This document shows, piece after piece, positions 1 through 10,771 of a stretch of DNA of 64,000 bases. Origin of the DNA: Candidatus Woesearchaeota archaeon (lineage in GTDB: Archaea; Nanobdellota; Nanobdellia; Woesearchaeales; UBA583); contig JAQICV010000077.1 of the NCBI GenBank assembly GCA_027858315.1, forward strand, positions 6,186-70,185, given 5' to 3'. Both the position numbers and the translations under genes were made by a program. The number at the start of each line of letters is the position of its first letter. Within the stretch, counting starts at the first letter, position 1. The notes below the pieces were generated by a model, which searched no databases, was not told where the DNA came from, and saw only the letters and a list, made by a program, of their open reading frames with translations.

Positions 1-53
1 AGTAAAATTCCCACATAATTACTTTAAATTAATTGATAATTATTATATAGGAG

Positions 54-428
54 TTAAATAGTCACAAGTATATTCTCAACTTCTTTTTTTAGATATTTAT
101 AATCAGAATTTCCAAAAGGAATACCTATTATTTTAACTAGTTTTACTTGACCAGTTTCTTGCATCAATTTAAGATAAAAACCTAAGTCTAAATCATGACA
201 AGTTAGAGAATTTGCAAGTACTAAATCATCTATTTTGTCTATTAACTTTACTTTTTTTAAACCCTTTACAACATCTAGAATTATCAATTCCTCACTTGCA
301 TTTAAAATCTCATTTGGTGACTCTGCATGAATGAATTCGAAGTCCTTTGTTTGAATTATTTTTGCTAGTTCTTTTGCTACTTCATCACCTTCAAAAAATT
401 CATTTCCAAATACAAATATCTTTCTCAT
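54..428 (-). CDS. Hydrogenase maturation protease-like protein (HycI/HybD family, short form)
   Basis: N-terminal FGNEFFEGD, 'IILDVV' and 'TCHD' match the GN..D / D / H pattern of hydrogenase endopeptidases; lies in a hyp cluster. Confidence 0.7.
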   Translation of the reverse strand: MRKIFVFGNEFFEGDEVAKELAKIIQTKDFEFIHAESPNEILNASEELIILDVVKGLKKVKLIDKIDDLVLANSLTCHDLDLGFYLKLMQETGQVKLVKIIGIPFGNSDYKYLKKEVENILVTI

Positions 429-429
429 T

Positions 430-1059
430 TTATAATATAAATAAACCTTCTATAATTCCTACTTCGTAAATTAAAATAATACCTACTAAAATACTTAAAA
501 TTCCAGCAATTTTTGGAGTCCAATTATTACTTGAAATTTTATTAAATAGAAAGTATAGAACTAAACTTACACAAAACATTCCTATCATTGAACCAAATCC
601 AAAGATCAAGATATAAATTAAACCTTCTAAATTATTTTGAATGGATGTCAAAATTAAAAGTATTAAAGCTGCACTTCCTGCAAGACCATGAATCATTCCA
701 ATTCCTAAAGATTTTTTATTTGTATCAATTGATTTTAGTCCTAATTCTAATTTTTTATGAAATGAACCAAGTCCTAAAATTATTAACATAATACCAACAC
801 AAAATTCTAAAAACAATGCTAGAGTTTGTGGAAGAGTAATATTTAAGATTAAAACTAAAAATCCTACAAAAAATAAGGTTATAGTGTGTCCTACTCCCCA
901 AATTATTCCAAGTTTTAACGAATTAAAAATACTTTTCGAACTTGCAAGTAATGTATTTACTGCGACTATATGATCTGCATCAAAAGCGTGTTTTATTCCG
1001 ATAAGAAATCCTATTCCTAAAAATAAAAAAAATTCCATTAGAAAAAATATATCAATCAT
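430..1059 (-). CDS. Nickel/cobalt transporter (UreH/HoxN-like)
   Basis: HAFDADHI, WGVGHT and GMIHGLAGS motifs; about 6 TM segments; hyp context. Confidence 0.8.
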   Translation of the reverse strand: MIDIFFLMEFFLFLGIGFLIGIKHAFDADHIVAVNTLLASSKSIFNSLKLGIIWGVGHTITLFFVGFLVLILNITLPQTLALFLEFCVGIMLIILGLGSFHKKLELGLKSIDTNKKSLGIGMIHGLAGSAALILLILTSIQNNLEGLIYILIFGFGSMIGMFCVSLVLYFLFNKISSNNWTPKIAGILSILVGIILIYEVGIIEGLFIL

Positions 1060-1228
1060 TTTTATAAACTTTTTCTAAAATAAAAAATAAATAAAAATCT
1101 TAAAATCATAATCAATTTAGAATTTAGAACAATAAATATTTAATAAATTGAAACATTTATAATCCATTACAAGGTCTTTCTAGATACTCACAAAGTTTTA
1201 TAAAAATTGTAAATAATTATATATTAAG

Positions 1229-3415
1229 TTGTATAGAATTAGAGTTTTTGGGATTGTGCAAGGTGTAGGATTTAGACCTTTTATTTATAATGAAGCTATA
1301 AAAAACAATATAAAAGGAACAGTTCAAAACACTGGAGATGGTGTTGAAATTATTTGTAATAATAAAGAATCAATATTAAGGATTTTGAAAACACCTCCAA
1401 AGCTTTCAAAAATTGAAAAAATAAAAATTGAAGAAGTTTTAAATTTGCCTGATTTTAAAGATTTTAAAATACTTGAAAGTGAAACTAGTAATTCTTACTC
1501 TCCAATTCCTGCTGATTTAAATTTATGTTCAGATTGCATTAAAGAAATGTTTGAAGTGAATAATCAAAGGTATAAATATTTTTTCATTTCATGTATTAAT
1601 TGTGGACCGAGATATTCTATAATAAAATCAACACCATATGACAGGAAGAAAACTACTCTAGATTTTTTTAATATTTGTAAGTTTTGTAATGAAGAATTTA
1701 AAGACCCTACAAATAGAAGATTCCATGCACAAACAATTGCATGTCCTGATTGTGGACCTCAACTTTCTTTGTACAAAAATGGAATTAAGATTGAAGGTAG
1801 TTGCCCAATAGAAGAAGTAGCTAAATTAATTAATAAAAATGAAGTTGTTGCTATTAAAGGAATAGGAGGATTTCACCTTGCTTGCTCAATTGAAGATGAA
1901 GCAATTTTAAGATTGAAGAAAATAACTCAAAGATTCCATAAGCCTTTTGCACTTATGGTAAAAAATGTTGCAATGATTGAGGGGTATGCAAAAATTAGTA
2001 AAAATGGACTTGAGCTTTTACAATCAAAAGAGAGGCCAATTGTTCTTCTTGAAAAGAAAGACTCAAATATTCTAAAAGAGATAAGTGAATTATCTAGTCT
2101 AGGTTTTATGCTACCTTATTCAGGAGTTCATTATTTATTATTTGAACATCTTGATTCTCCTATTGTTTTAACATCATCTAATTTGCCATCTTTCCCAATT
2201 ACCACTAAAAAAGAAGAGCAATTTACAGATTATGTCTTAGATTATAATCGAGATATTTCAAATAGTGTTGATGACTCAATTATTAAAGTAATTGGAAATG
2301 AAAAACTGATAATAAGGAGAAGTAGAGGATTTGCACCAAATGAGATTGAAATTCCTAAGAACTATCTAAATTTTTCAGAAGATATTTTAAGTGTGGGAGC
2401 TGAACTGAAGAATACTTTTTGTATTAAAAAAAATGATAAATTAATTCTCTCAGAACATATTGGAAATACTTATAATTTGGAAAATTTTGAAAACTTCAAA
2501 TCTAGAATTTTTAAGTTAATGGAATTTACAAAGTCCACCCCAAAAATAATTTTGAGAGACTCAAATGTAAACTTTAATACTTCACAATTTGCAGAAGAAT
2601 TTTCAAAAGAGAAAAATATTGAACTATTCAATATTCAGCACCATATTGCTCATGGTTTTTCTGTTGCACTTGAACATGATTTGAAAGATTTTTTAGCTAT
2701 TGTTTGTGATGGTTTAGGGCTTGGAGAGGATGGGACTGCTTGGGGAGGAGAAGTATTTCATAATGATAAAAGAATTGGACATTTAGAATATCAAAGTTTG
2801 GTTGGTGGCGAGATAGCAAATAAAGAACCTAGGAGAATCTTAGTTGGGATTTTAGCTAAATTTATGAAACTTAATGAGATTGAAAAAATATTAGGTGAGA
2901 GTTTAGAAATTAAAACTTATTTTGAACAAAAAAAACAAAATTTTAATTGTGTTGAAACTTCAAGTGTTGGAAGAATCCTAGATTGTGTTTCTGTTCTTTT
3001 AGGATTCTCAGATAAGAACTATTATGAAGGTCGAGGCGCTATGCTTCTTGAGTCAAATTCTAGTTCAAAAATTAAATTATTTTTTGAACCAATTATTGAA
3101 AAAGAAAATAATTTATTTATTTTGAAAACTACTCCACTATTTGAATTCATCAAAAATAATCTTGATAAAATATCAAGAGAAGAACTTGCTCGTTTCGCGC
3201 AGATTTATATTGCAAAAGGATTATTTGAGATTGCGAAAAAATATGATGAAAAATTGCCAGTAGTTTTTAGTGGAGGGGTTGCATATAATGAAATAATAAC
3301 CTCATTTATGATTAAGAATAAAGTATTGTTAAATAAAGATATTCCTTGTGGTGATGGAGGAATTAGCGCAGGACAAATTGCATACTTTTTATGGAAAGAG
3401 AAAAATAAAAATTAA
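1229..3415 (+). CDS. hypF: Carbamoyltransferase HypF
   Basis: Acylphosphatase-like GIVQGVGFRPF, CxxC zinc fingers (CSDC, CINCGPRY, CKFC, RFHAQTIACPDCGP), QHHIAH, PCGDGGISAGQ; TTG start. Confidence 0.95.
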   Translation: MYRIRVFGIVQGVGFRPFIYNEAIKNNIKGTVQNTGDGVEIICNNKESILRILKTPPKLSKIEKIKIEEVLNLPDFKDFKILESETSNSYSPIPADLNLCSDCIKEMFEVNNQRYKYFFISCINCGPRYSIIKSTPYDRKKTTLDFFNICKFCNEEFKDPTNRRFHAQTIACPDCGPQLSLYKNGIKIEGSCPIEEVAKLINKNEVVAIKGIGGFHLACSIEDEAILRLKKITQRFHKPFALMVKNVAMIEGYAKISKNGLELLQSKERPIVLLEKKDSNILKEISELSSLGFMLPYSGVHYLLFEHLDSPIVLTSSNLPSFPITTKKEEQFTDYVLDYNRDISNSVDDSIIKVIGNEKLIIRRSRGFAPNEIEIPKNYLNFSEDILSVGAELKNTFCIKKNDKLILSEHIGNTYNLENFENFKSRIFKLMEFTKSTPKIILRDSNVNFNTSQFAEEFSKEKNIELFNIQHHIAHGFSVALEHDLKDFLAIVCDGLGLGEDGTAWGGEVFHNDKRIGHLEYQSLVGGEIANKEPRRILVGILAKFMKLNEIEKILGESLEIKTYFEQKKQNFNCVETSSVGRILDCVSVLLGFSDKNYYEGRGAMLLESNSSSKIKLFFEPIIEKENNLFILKTTPLFEFIKNNLDKISREELARFAQIYIAKGLFEIAKKYDEKLPVVFSGGVAYNEIITSFMIKNKVLLNKDIPCGDGGISAGQIAYFLWKEKNKN

Positions 3416-4401
3416 CAAATTCTAGGAACTATTTTTCCTGAAGGCATTTGAAGAATTCTTGAACCTAAAGATGTTTTTAAAATTACTTTTCCTTGCTTGT
3501 TTGAAGTAGATTTTACTTCCCCGATTATTTGCGCCATTTCGTTAAACTTTTTTAATTCCTCCAAAACCTTATTTGAATTATTCTTACTTACAATAGTTAT
3601 AATTCTTCCTTCGTTTGCTAACTCTAGAGGATCAAGTCCTAAAAGATTACATGCAGTTCTTACCTCTTTTTTTATAGGAATTTTTGAGTCTTCAAGTTCT
3701 ATCTCGATTCCTTTTTCATTTGATACTTCATTTAGAACTGATGCAATACCTCCTCTAGTTGGATCTTTTGCAAATTTAATTAAGTTTCTAATTTTTTTCA
3801 TTTCAAGATATATTGATTTTGAGTCAGAGATTATTTGTGTTTGAAAATCAAACCTTTGAGACAACAATGCTACAGCATGTTCACCAATACCTCCAGAGAT
3901 TATAATTTTATCTCCAGTTATAATTTCTTCATCTATTATTTTTTTAGTAATACCTACACCTGAAACATTTATTACAATTTTATCTATTGCTCCTTTTTCC
4001 ATAACTTTTGTATCACCAGTTACAATTGGAATTTGTTGTTCTTTTGAGATTTTATTTATTGACCCCATTATTTCATTTAGAGTTTCTATATCAAATCCTT
4101 CTTCGATGATTAAAGACAATGAAAGACCAACCGGGTCAGCGCCCATAACTGCTAAATCATTTATAGTACCACAAATTGCTAGATGACCTATATCTCCTCC
4201 GGGAAATTTTATAGGATTTACTACAAAACTATCAGTTGTAAAACAAAGTGTATCTTTATTTGGAAGTTCAAATGTTGCAGAGTCGTTAGTAAAATTTTCC
4301 CATTTATCTCCTCGGTATAAATTACCTAAAAATGAATTCAATAAATCGTTCATTTCCCTTCCACCATTTCCTTGTTCTAAAGATATATTCTTTTTTTCCA
4401 T
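3412..4401 (-). CDS. hypE: Hydrogenase maturation protein HypE
   Basis: TTDSFVV, GTINDLAV, GDTKV, DPTRGG, C-terminal PRIC. Confidence 0.97.
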   Translation of the reverse strand: MEKKNISLEQGNGGREMNDLLNSFLGNLYRGDKWENFTNDSATFELPNKDTLCFTTDSFVVNPIKFPGGDIGHLAICGTINDLAVMGADPVGLSLSLIIEEGFDIETLNEIMGSINKISKEQQIPIVTGDTKVMEKGAIDKIVINVSGVGITKKIIDEEIITGDKIIISGGIGEHAVALLSQRFDFQTQIISDSKSIYLEMKKIRNLIKFAKDPTRGGIASVLNEVSNEKGIEIELEDSKIPIKKEVRTACNLLGLDPLELANEGRIITIVSKNNSNKVLEELKKFNEMAQIIGEVKSTSNKQGKVILKTSLGSRILQMPSGKIVPRIC

Positions 4402-4403
4402 TT

Positions 4404-5411
4404 TTATTTTACATATTTAAACGCAATCCCGCATGCGCCTTCAGTTTCTGAAACCATGCATGCTCCAATTGGATTTTGAGGAGTGCAAACTTTGCCAAAT
4501 AATTTACAGTCTTTTGGTTCACATAATCCTTTAATTATTTCACCACATCTACAAGCAGGGTTTGAAAATGATTTTACATTTTTTAATATGTTTGCATATT
4601 TTATTTTTGCATTGATTTTATCATTTTTTGGTTCAAGACCTGAGTTTTTTAAAATCCCCAAACCTCTCCATTCCGAGTCGATAAGTTTCATGTTATCTCT
4701 TATAATCTTTCTTGCTTTAGGATTACCATCTTCTTTAACAACTTCAGTATAATCATTTATTACCTCATTTTTTCCTTCTTTGATTAGAACTAATAATTTA
4801 TATATTCCTCTTATGATTTGTTCTTTTTTAAAACCTGAGATTACTTGAGGAACTTTTAATTCATCAAATACCTTACTACCAATTATACATGCAACATGTC
4901 CTGGGTCTATGAATCCATCAACCTTTGTTTTTGTAGTTATTTCTCTCATTGGAGGAGGCATAATTTTATGAGCAGAATATACACAAATTCCTTTTTCTAA
5001 AAGATAAGCAGTCATAGGAGTTGTTGTTTCAAAACCAATTCCAAAAAAAACTCTATGTTTATTTTCATCTTTTAACATCTCAGTTGCAGTATAAATCATC
5101 TTCACATCTGCTCCAAGAGATTTTGCTTTTGCAAGCGAGAGTTTAGTTCCTGGAACATGCATCATATCTCCATAAGAAGCAACAGGTATTCCACTATTTG
5201 CTAGAGCTATCATATTATCTATATCTTTTTGTGATGTTACACATACAGGGCATCCTGGCCCAGAGATTAAATGAATATTTTTTGGAAGAATATCTCTTAT
5301 TCCATATTTCATAATAGTATTTGTATGGCCTCCACAAACTTCCATTATAGTTATTGTTCTATTATCGAATTCTTTTGCAATTTCTTCTATTTTTTTTAGG
5401 TAAATATTCAT
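4404..5411 (-). CDS. hypD: Hydrogenase formation protein HypD
   Basis: MEVCGGHT, GPGCPVC, GFETT, PGHV, C-terminal Cys cluster with GACMVS. Confidence 0.97.
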   Translation of the reverse strand: MNIYLKKIEEIAKEFDNRTITIMEVCGGHTNTIMKYGIRDILPKNIHLISGPGCPVCVTSQKDIDNMIALANSGIPVASYGDMMHVPGTKLSLAKAKSLGADVKMIYTATEMLKDENKHRVFFGIGFETTTPMTAYLLEKGICVYSAHKIMPPPMREITTKTKVDGFIDPGHVACIIGSKVFDELKVPQVISGFKKEQIIRGIYKLLVLIKEGKNEVINDYTEVVKEDGNPKARKIIRDNMKLIDSEWRGLGILKNSGLEPKNDKINAKIKYANILKNVKSFSNPACRCGEIIKGLCEPKDCKLFGKVCTPQNPIGACMVSETEGACGIAFKYVK

Positions 5412-5614
5412 TCTTCATCATATAATAAATTATACATACCTTCTGCTTGTTTCTTATCTACTACTTCAATTGCAAAGCCAACATGAACTAGAACATAATC
5501 ACCAATTTTACATTCTATGAAAGAAACATTTGCCTCTTTTTTTATCCCACCATAATCAATTATGGCATTCTCGCCATTAATTTTTTCAATTTTACCTGGA
5601 AGAGCTAAACACAT
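5408..5614 (-). CDS. hypC: HypC/HybG chaperone
   Basis: MCLALP N-terminus; GDYVLVHVGFA. Confidence 0.97.
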   Translation of the reverse strand: MCLALPGKIEKINGENAIIDYGGIKKEANVSFIECKIGDYVLVHVGFAIEVVDKKQAEGMYNLLYDEE

Positions 5615-5669
5615 ATATTATTTAAAAAGAATTGAGTATATAAAGTTTTTCCACACGAACCTTGCAGCA

Positions 5670-6856
5670 TTATTCTTTTTTCCAAATATCTTTCATGATT
5701 AATTCTTTTAGATCTTTGTCATTAAAGTATTCACCATTTCTATGATTATATTCTGTTTCAACTTCAACTAAAGAATATGAAATTTTATTATTGATTTTTT
5801 CAATCAGATAACCTTTATTTCCAACTGCTCTAATTAGTGGTGTATCAAAAGGAGTTTTCATTTCATATGTTGTGTGAAGATGACCATCAATTGTAATTTT
5901 TGCTAAAGATGATAGCATTGCTGCAACATAGAGTGTAGGCATTTCATTTGCCTGCCTATCATCACGCCAAGCGCCTTTCCCTATTTGTCCATGTGTTAAA
6001 AATAAATCTAAGTTATCAGTATTATTTGGCATTATTCTTATCCAATCCATATCGTCTTTAATTTCTGATTCTTGAAGTTCTTTGGAAATATTTTTGAACA
6101 GAATTCTTCTATCTTCTCCTCTTTGATGTGAAAACATTTCATTTAATTCTTCTTCAGAATATATCTCTGAAAGAAATGGCAATAGAGCATTCACATTACT
6201 TACTGCGGCAGTTTTAATCCCATTAATATCTAATACTCCTTTTTCTTTTCCTAAATCTGAGATTAGTGATTTATTTTCTAAATATTTTTGAATTAGTTCA
6301 GGAAAATAAATTGGTTCATGGTTGCCATTTAGAAAATATGTTTCTACTTTGTATTTATCTATTAATTCTGCAAGTTTTTTGCATGTTCTTTTATTACTAC
6401 ATTATAGAGCGCTCTTAATTTAATTTTGTGATTTGAAATTATGTATTTTACTTCTTTTTCTATTTTAGAATTTGTATCTTTTAATTTATTTTGAAACTCT
6501 TTAGATTCAATAATTTTTACAATTGAAATAAGTTGCTCTTTAGCCTCTTCTTTTTGCTCTTAAGGTATTTGTTTGAGAAGTAAATCTATTCTTCCACCTG
6601 CTTGAGCAATTTGCTGATATGTTGCATAGGATTGAATTTCCTCAGAGGTTAGTAGTTCATTTGGTTTTTCATTAGTTATTTCATAAGGAAATTTTAAGTC
6701 TAATGATTTAGCAAGTTCTTCAAAATTATAATCACCAATCACATCACCATTTATTACGAATGGAATTTTGTTAATTTTTGCATACTCGAAAAGCTTTTCT
6801 AAAGCTTCCCAATTTGCATGATGATCAGAACTTACAAGAAGTTTGTTTTTATTCAT
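5670..6856 (-). pseudogene. Calcineurin-like metallophosphoesterase interrupted by an in-frame TAA (6560-6562) and a 1-bp frameshift in an A-run (6375-6380)
   Basis: Joined frames give SDHH, NGDVIG, NGNHE (in the unannotated middle segment), THG and GHLH motifs in order. Confidence 0.8.
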
Positions 6857-6911
6857 ATTTATTTTTCTAAAAGATTATTTATATTAGTTTGTAAAGAATT
6901 AGAAAAAAGAA

Positions 6912-7280
6912 TTACTCTTCTTCCTTAGCTTCATCTTCATATTCTGAGTCGTACTCTTCATCAACTTCTACTTCTTTTAGAGTTATATCTTTACCATCTA
7001 AAATTGTAGGAAGAGATTGGGCGCATTTAGGACATTCATAAATATTATTATCATGTAATTGTTGTAGAATTTTTGGTTCTCCTGTATATCCACATTTACA
7101 ACTAATAGTTGCTTTTTTTGAAATTACTTCAATTTTCCAATCTGTTAATTTCTCCATTACTTCTTTCATTTCATCTGCGGGAAGATGACCTAAATCTCCT
7201 ACTTCGATTGTTAATGACTTTACTTTTCCATAAGTATTTGCATCAGCAATTATTTTTTGTGCTATTGTTTGTTCATGCAT
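6912..7280 (-). CDS. hypA: Hydrogenase nickel chaperone HypA
   Basis: MHE start at 7280, CKC and CPKC zinc ligands, acidic tail. Confidence 0.9.
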   Translation of the reverse strand: MHEQTIAQKIIADANTYGKVKSLTIEVGDLGHLPADEMKEVMEKLTDWKIEVISKKATISCKCGYTGEPKILQQLHDNNIYECPKCAQSLPTILDGKDITLKEVEVDEEYDSEYEDEAKEEE

Positions 7281-7398
7281 AATAGTTTGTAAAAAAAACA
7301 TTATTTAAATCTTTCGAGTAATACTAGACAATAAACAATAATTTTCTACTCCAAAAAGATGAATAAATGTTAATAAGTATATATTATAAAAATTATAT

Positions 7399-9132
7399 AT
7401 GAGTCTAAATAAAATCTCTATTAAAATAGGAGGTCCTGCAGGGTCTGGAGTTTTTACAATTGGTCTTTTGCTTTCGAAATATTTTCAAAGAGCAGGATTA
7501 AATGTTGTATATACTACTGATTATCCCTCTCTAATCAGAGGAGGACATAATACTTGCTGCGTTAGAGCAGAGAATGAAGAAATTAATGCTGAAGTTTTGA
7601 ACCATGATGTTTTAGTTGCACTTGATGATTTAACAATCACTGAAGATTTGAAACAATTAAACAAAGGAGCAGTTTTAATCTGTGATACAAAATCTACTTT
7701 TGAATCAGCAGATTATCAAGTTCTAAAAGTTGATTTTGATAAATTACTTGATGGAATGGATAAAAGATATTTCAATACTATTGCTTTTGGTTGTGTTATT
7801 GGTTTAATGGGTGAGGATGGAGATATGCTGAGAGATGCACTTGCAACTCATTTTAGAAAAAAATCTCAAGAAGTTGTTGAAGAAAATCTGAAAGCTGCTC
7901 AAGTTGGATACGATTTTGCAAAAGAGTTCTGTGTTCAAAATAATACTGGATTTTTAGGAAGAATTACTAAGACACAAAATTCTTTAGGAAATACTGTTTT
8001 TATGTCAGGAAATGATGCTGCTTGTGTTGCTGCTGTTAAAGCTGGAGTTAAATTTGTTGGAGAATATCCAATGACACCTTCTACTTCATTTTTACATTAC
8101 ATGGCTGCTCATGAATTAGATTACAATATTACAACAAAACAAACTGAAGATGAAATTGCTGCAATTAATACGGCAATTGGTGCTAGTGTTGCAGGAGTTA
8201 GGGCAATGACTGCTACTTCAGGTGGAGGTTTTGCATTAATGAATGAAGCTATTGGTTTTGCAGCTATTGCTGAAGCGCCAGTTGTGGTTTTTGAGTGTAT
8301 GAGAGGAGGTCCTTCAACTGGAATTCCTACATATACTGACCAAGGAGATTTGAAATTTGTAATTAATTCATCACAAGGAGAGTTCCCTATGGTTGTTTTA
8401 GCTCCAGGAGATATTGAAGAATGTTTTGAAGAGAGTTTTAATGCATTTAATTTAGCAGATATTTTACAAACACCAGTTATTGTTTTATTAGATAAACATC
8501 TTGCTGCATCTCATTTTACTGCTAAAAGATTTGATACTTCTAAATTAAAAGTAGATAGAGGAAAATACATCAATCTAAGTGATGAAGTTTTAGCTAATAA
8601 TAAAAGACATGAATTTACAGAGGATGGAATCTCAACTAGATTCAATCCAGGTCAACCTGGTGGTATATATACTAGTTCATCTTATGAACATGATGAAACT
8701 GGGTACACTTGTGAAGATTCTGAAAATCATGTAAAAATGATGGAGAAGAGGTTTAAGAAGTATGATGCAATTCCTAAAGAATTGTTAAGACCTAAGATGT
8801 ATGGACCGGAAGATGCTGATTTAACTATTGTTGGTTGGGGATCTACTAAAGGTGTAGCATTAGATGCAATTAAGTACTTGAACTCTGATGGACTTAAAGT
8901 AAACTATATGCATTTTGTATACATCAATCCTTTTGATAATGAAGAAGTTAAGAGTATGCTTGATAGTTGCAAAGATACAATTATTCTAGAAGCAAATTAC
9001 ACTGGACAATTAAGAGATATTATTAGAGAGAAAACTGGTTTCTACATCGAGAAGACTTATTTCAAATATGATGCAAGACCATTTTATTTTCAAGAAGTCT
9101 ACACTAAGATTAAGGAGGTATTGAAAAAATGA
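7399..9132 (+). CDS. 2-oxoacid:acceptor (ferredoxin) oxidoreductase alpha subunit (gamma-alpha fusion)
   Basis: GGPAGSG, YPSLIRGGH, YPMTP, EDEIAA, TATSGGG, RGGPSTG. Confidence 0.93.
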   Translation: MSLNKISIKIGGPAGSGVFTIGLLLSKYFQRAGLNVVYTTDYPSLIRGGHNTCCVRAENEEINAEVLNHDVLVALDDLTITEDLKQLNKGAVLICDTKSTFESADYQVLKVDFDKLLDGMDKRYFNTIAFGCVIGLMGEDGDMLRDALATHFRKKSQEVVEENLKAAQVGYDFAKEFCVQNNTGFLGRITKTQNSLGNTVFMSGNDAACVAAVKAGVKFVGEYPMTPSTSFLHYMAAHELDYNITTKQTEDEIAAINTAIGASVAGVRAMTATSGGGFALMNEAIGFAAIAEAPVVVFECMRGGPSTGIPTYTDQGDLKFVINSSQGEFPMVVLAPGDIEECFEESFNAFNLADILQTPVIVLLDKHLAASHFTAKRFDTSKLKVDRGKYINLSDEVLANNKRHEFTEDGISTRFNPGQPGGIYTSSSYEHDETGYTCEDSENHVKMMEKRFKKYDAIPKELLRPKMYGPEDADLTIVGWGSTKGVALDAIKYLNSDGLKVNYMHFVYINPFDNEEVKSMLDSCKDTIILEANYTGQLRDIIREKTGFYIEKTYFKYDARPFYFQEVYTKIKEVLKK

Positions 9133-10052
9133 ATGAAGAAATAAAAATTGAAGATGTGAATTTTGTTGGAGGAGATAATCTTAAATTTAGCCTTTTAGAT
9201 TTAGATTCTAAGCATGAGAGTCAATGGTGTCCTGGTTGTGGAAATTATGGTATTGTTATGGCAGTCAAGAATGCAATTCTTAAATTAGGTATTAATCCTA
9301 AGGATGTTCTAATTGTTTCAGGAATTGGTTGCGCTTCTAAGTTCCCTCATTATTTGAAAACTTATGGGATAGAGACTATTCATGGAAGAGCACTTCCAGT
9401 TGCAACTGGAGCTAAACTTGCAAACAAAGATTTACATGTAATTGTTGTTGGTGGAGATGGTGATGGTTATGGTATTGGTATGGGTCATTTAATGCATACT
9501 ATGAGAAGAAATATTAACATTACTTATTTAATTAATAATAATGAGATTTACGCTTTAACTAAAGGTCAAACTTCTCCAACTACACCTAAAGGAAAGAAGA
9601 CTGCTTCAACTCCTAATGGTTCAATTGAGACTCCAGTTAATCCAATGGCTCTAGCTATTGGTGGTGGTGCTACTTTTATTGCAAAGAGTTTTAGTGGTGA
9701 TATTAATCATATGAGCGATACTATTGCTCGAGCAATTGCTCATAAGGGTTTCTCAATTATTGATATTGCGCAAATCTGTGTATCATTTAATCCTTCAATG
9801 AATTTTAAATGGTATAAAGATAGAATTTATAATATTGATGATTTACCTGATTATAATAATAAGAATAAGTCTTGGGGTATGATTCATGCTCTTGAGAGTC
9901 AAGATGATAAGATTGGAATTGGAATATACTATCATAATGATGATGACAGAGAAACCTATATTGATGATCTGCCAGAAGATGAAAAATTATCTCTAGTAAG
10001 ACAAGATATAAATGATATTGACATTGAAAATATCCTTGATAACTACGAGTAG
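9129..10052 (+). CDS. 2-oxoacid:ferredoxin oxidoreductase beta subunit
   Basis: WCPGCG, SGIGC, HGRALP, TPP-binding GGDGD...N, TKGQTSPT. Confidence 0.93.
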   Translation: MNEEIKIEDVNFVGGDNLKFSLLDLDSKHESQWCPGCGNYGIVMAVKNAILKLGINPKDVLIVSGIGCASKFPHYLKTYGIETIHGRALPVATGAKLANKDLHVIVVGGDGDGYGIGMGHLMHTMRRNINITYLINNNEIYALTKGQTSPTTPKGKKTASTPNGSIETPVNPMALAIGGGATFIAKSFSGDINHMSDTIARAIAHKGFSIIDIAQICVSFNPSMNFKWYKDRIYNIDDLPDYNNKNKSWGMIHALESQDDKIGIGIYYHNDDDRETYIDDLPEDEKLSLVRQDINDIDIENILDNYE

Positions 10053-10105
10053 AGAAATCTCTTATTTTTCTTAAACTTTTTAAATTCTGAAATATTCTAA
10101 TATAT

Positions 10106-10765
10106 ATGAAGAGAATAAAACTTAAAAAAAGATCACTTTTCCAAATATTTCTAATTATGATTTTATTTTATTTTGCTATAACTTATACTTTTATTAATAA
10201 GAATACAATTGCTGAGCAATTTGAAATTATTAAAGAGAGTGGAGTGTTTTTTGCAAAATCTGCAACCTATAAAGTTCTTGATTTAGAGAATGATAATATA
10301 GGTTATGATAAATCGACATATGAGATTGAACTTTTAGTTTTTGATGAGATTAATGATATTAGAGAAGATAAAGGACTTAATCGTTTAATATGGGACGCTC
10401 AACTTTCAAGACTTGCTAGAGAGCATAGTTTTGATATGGCGCAGTATGATTATTTTAATCATTCCGATTTATTTGGAGATGGACCAACACAGAGAGCAGA
10501 GAGATTAGAGATTAAAATTACAATTGAGACTAAAGATACCATTTATACTGGAATTGGTGAGAATATTGGATATACTCCTAGAGGATTTGTTGATGATTTG
10601 GGTGTAATTATTACAACAAAAGATATTTCCTCAGGCACAATTTATGAATGGATGTTATCTGAACCTCATAAAGAAAATATTCTCAAAGAAGATTATTTGT
10701 ATACAGGTATTGGTGTTGCTTATGATGGAAAAGATGGGTATTTGATTACTCAAAATTTTCAATAA
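10106..10765 (+). CDS. Membrane-anchored CAP/SCP-domain protein
   Basis: N-terminal TM; AREHSFDM..YFNH, GENI, WMLSEPHKENIL, GIG, TQNF. Confidence 0.88.
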   Translation: MKRIKLKKRSLFQIFLIMILFYFAITYTFINKNTIAEQFEIIKESGVFFAKSATYKVLDLENDNIGYDKSTYEIELLVFDEINDIREDKGLNRLIWDAQLSRLAREHSFDMAQYDYFNHSDLFGDGPTQRAERLEIKITIETKDTIYTGIGENIGYTPRGFVDDLGVIITTKDISSGTIYEWMLSEPHKENILKEDYLYTGIGVAYDGKDGYLITQNFQ

Positions 10766-10771
10766 AAAGAA

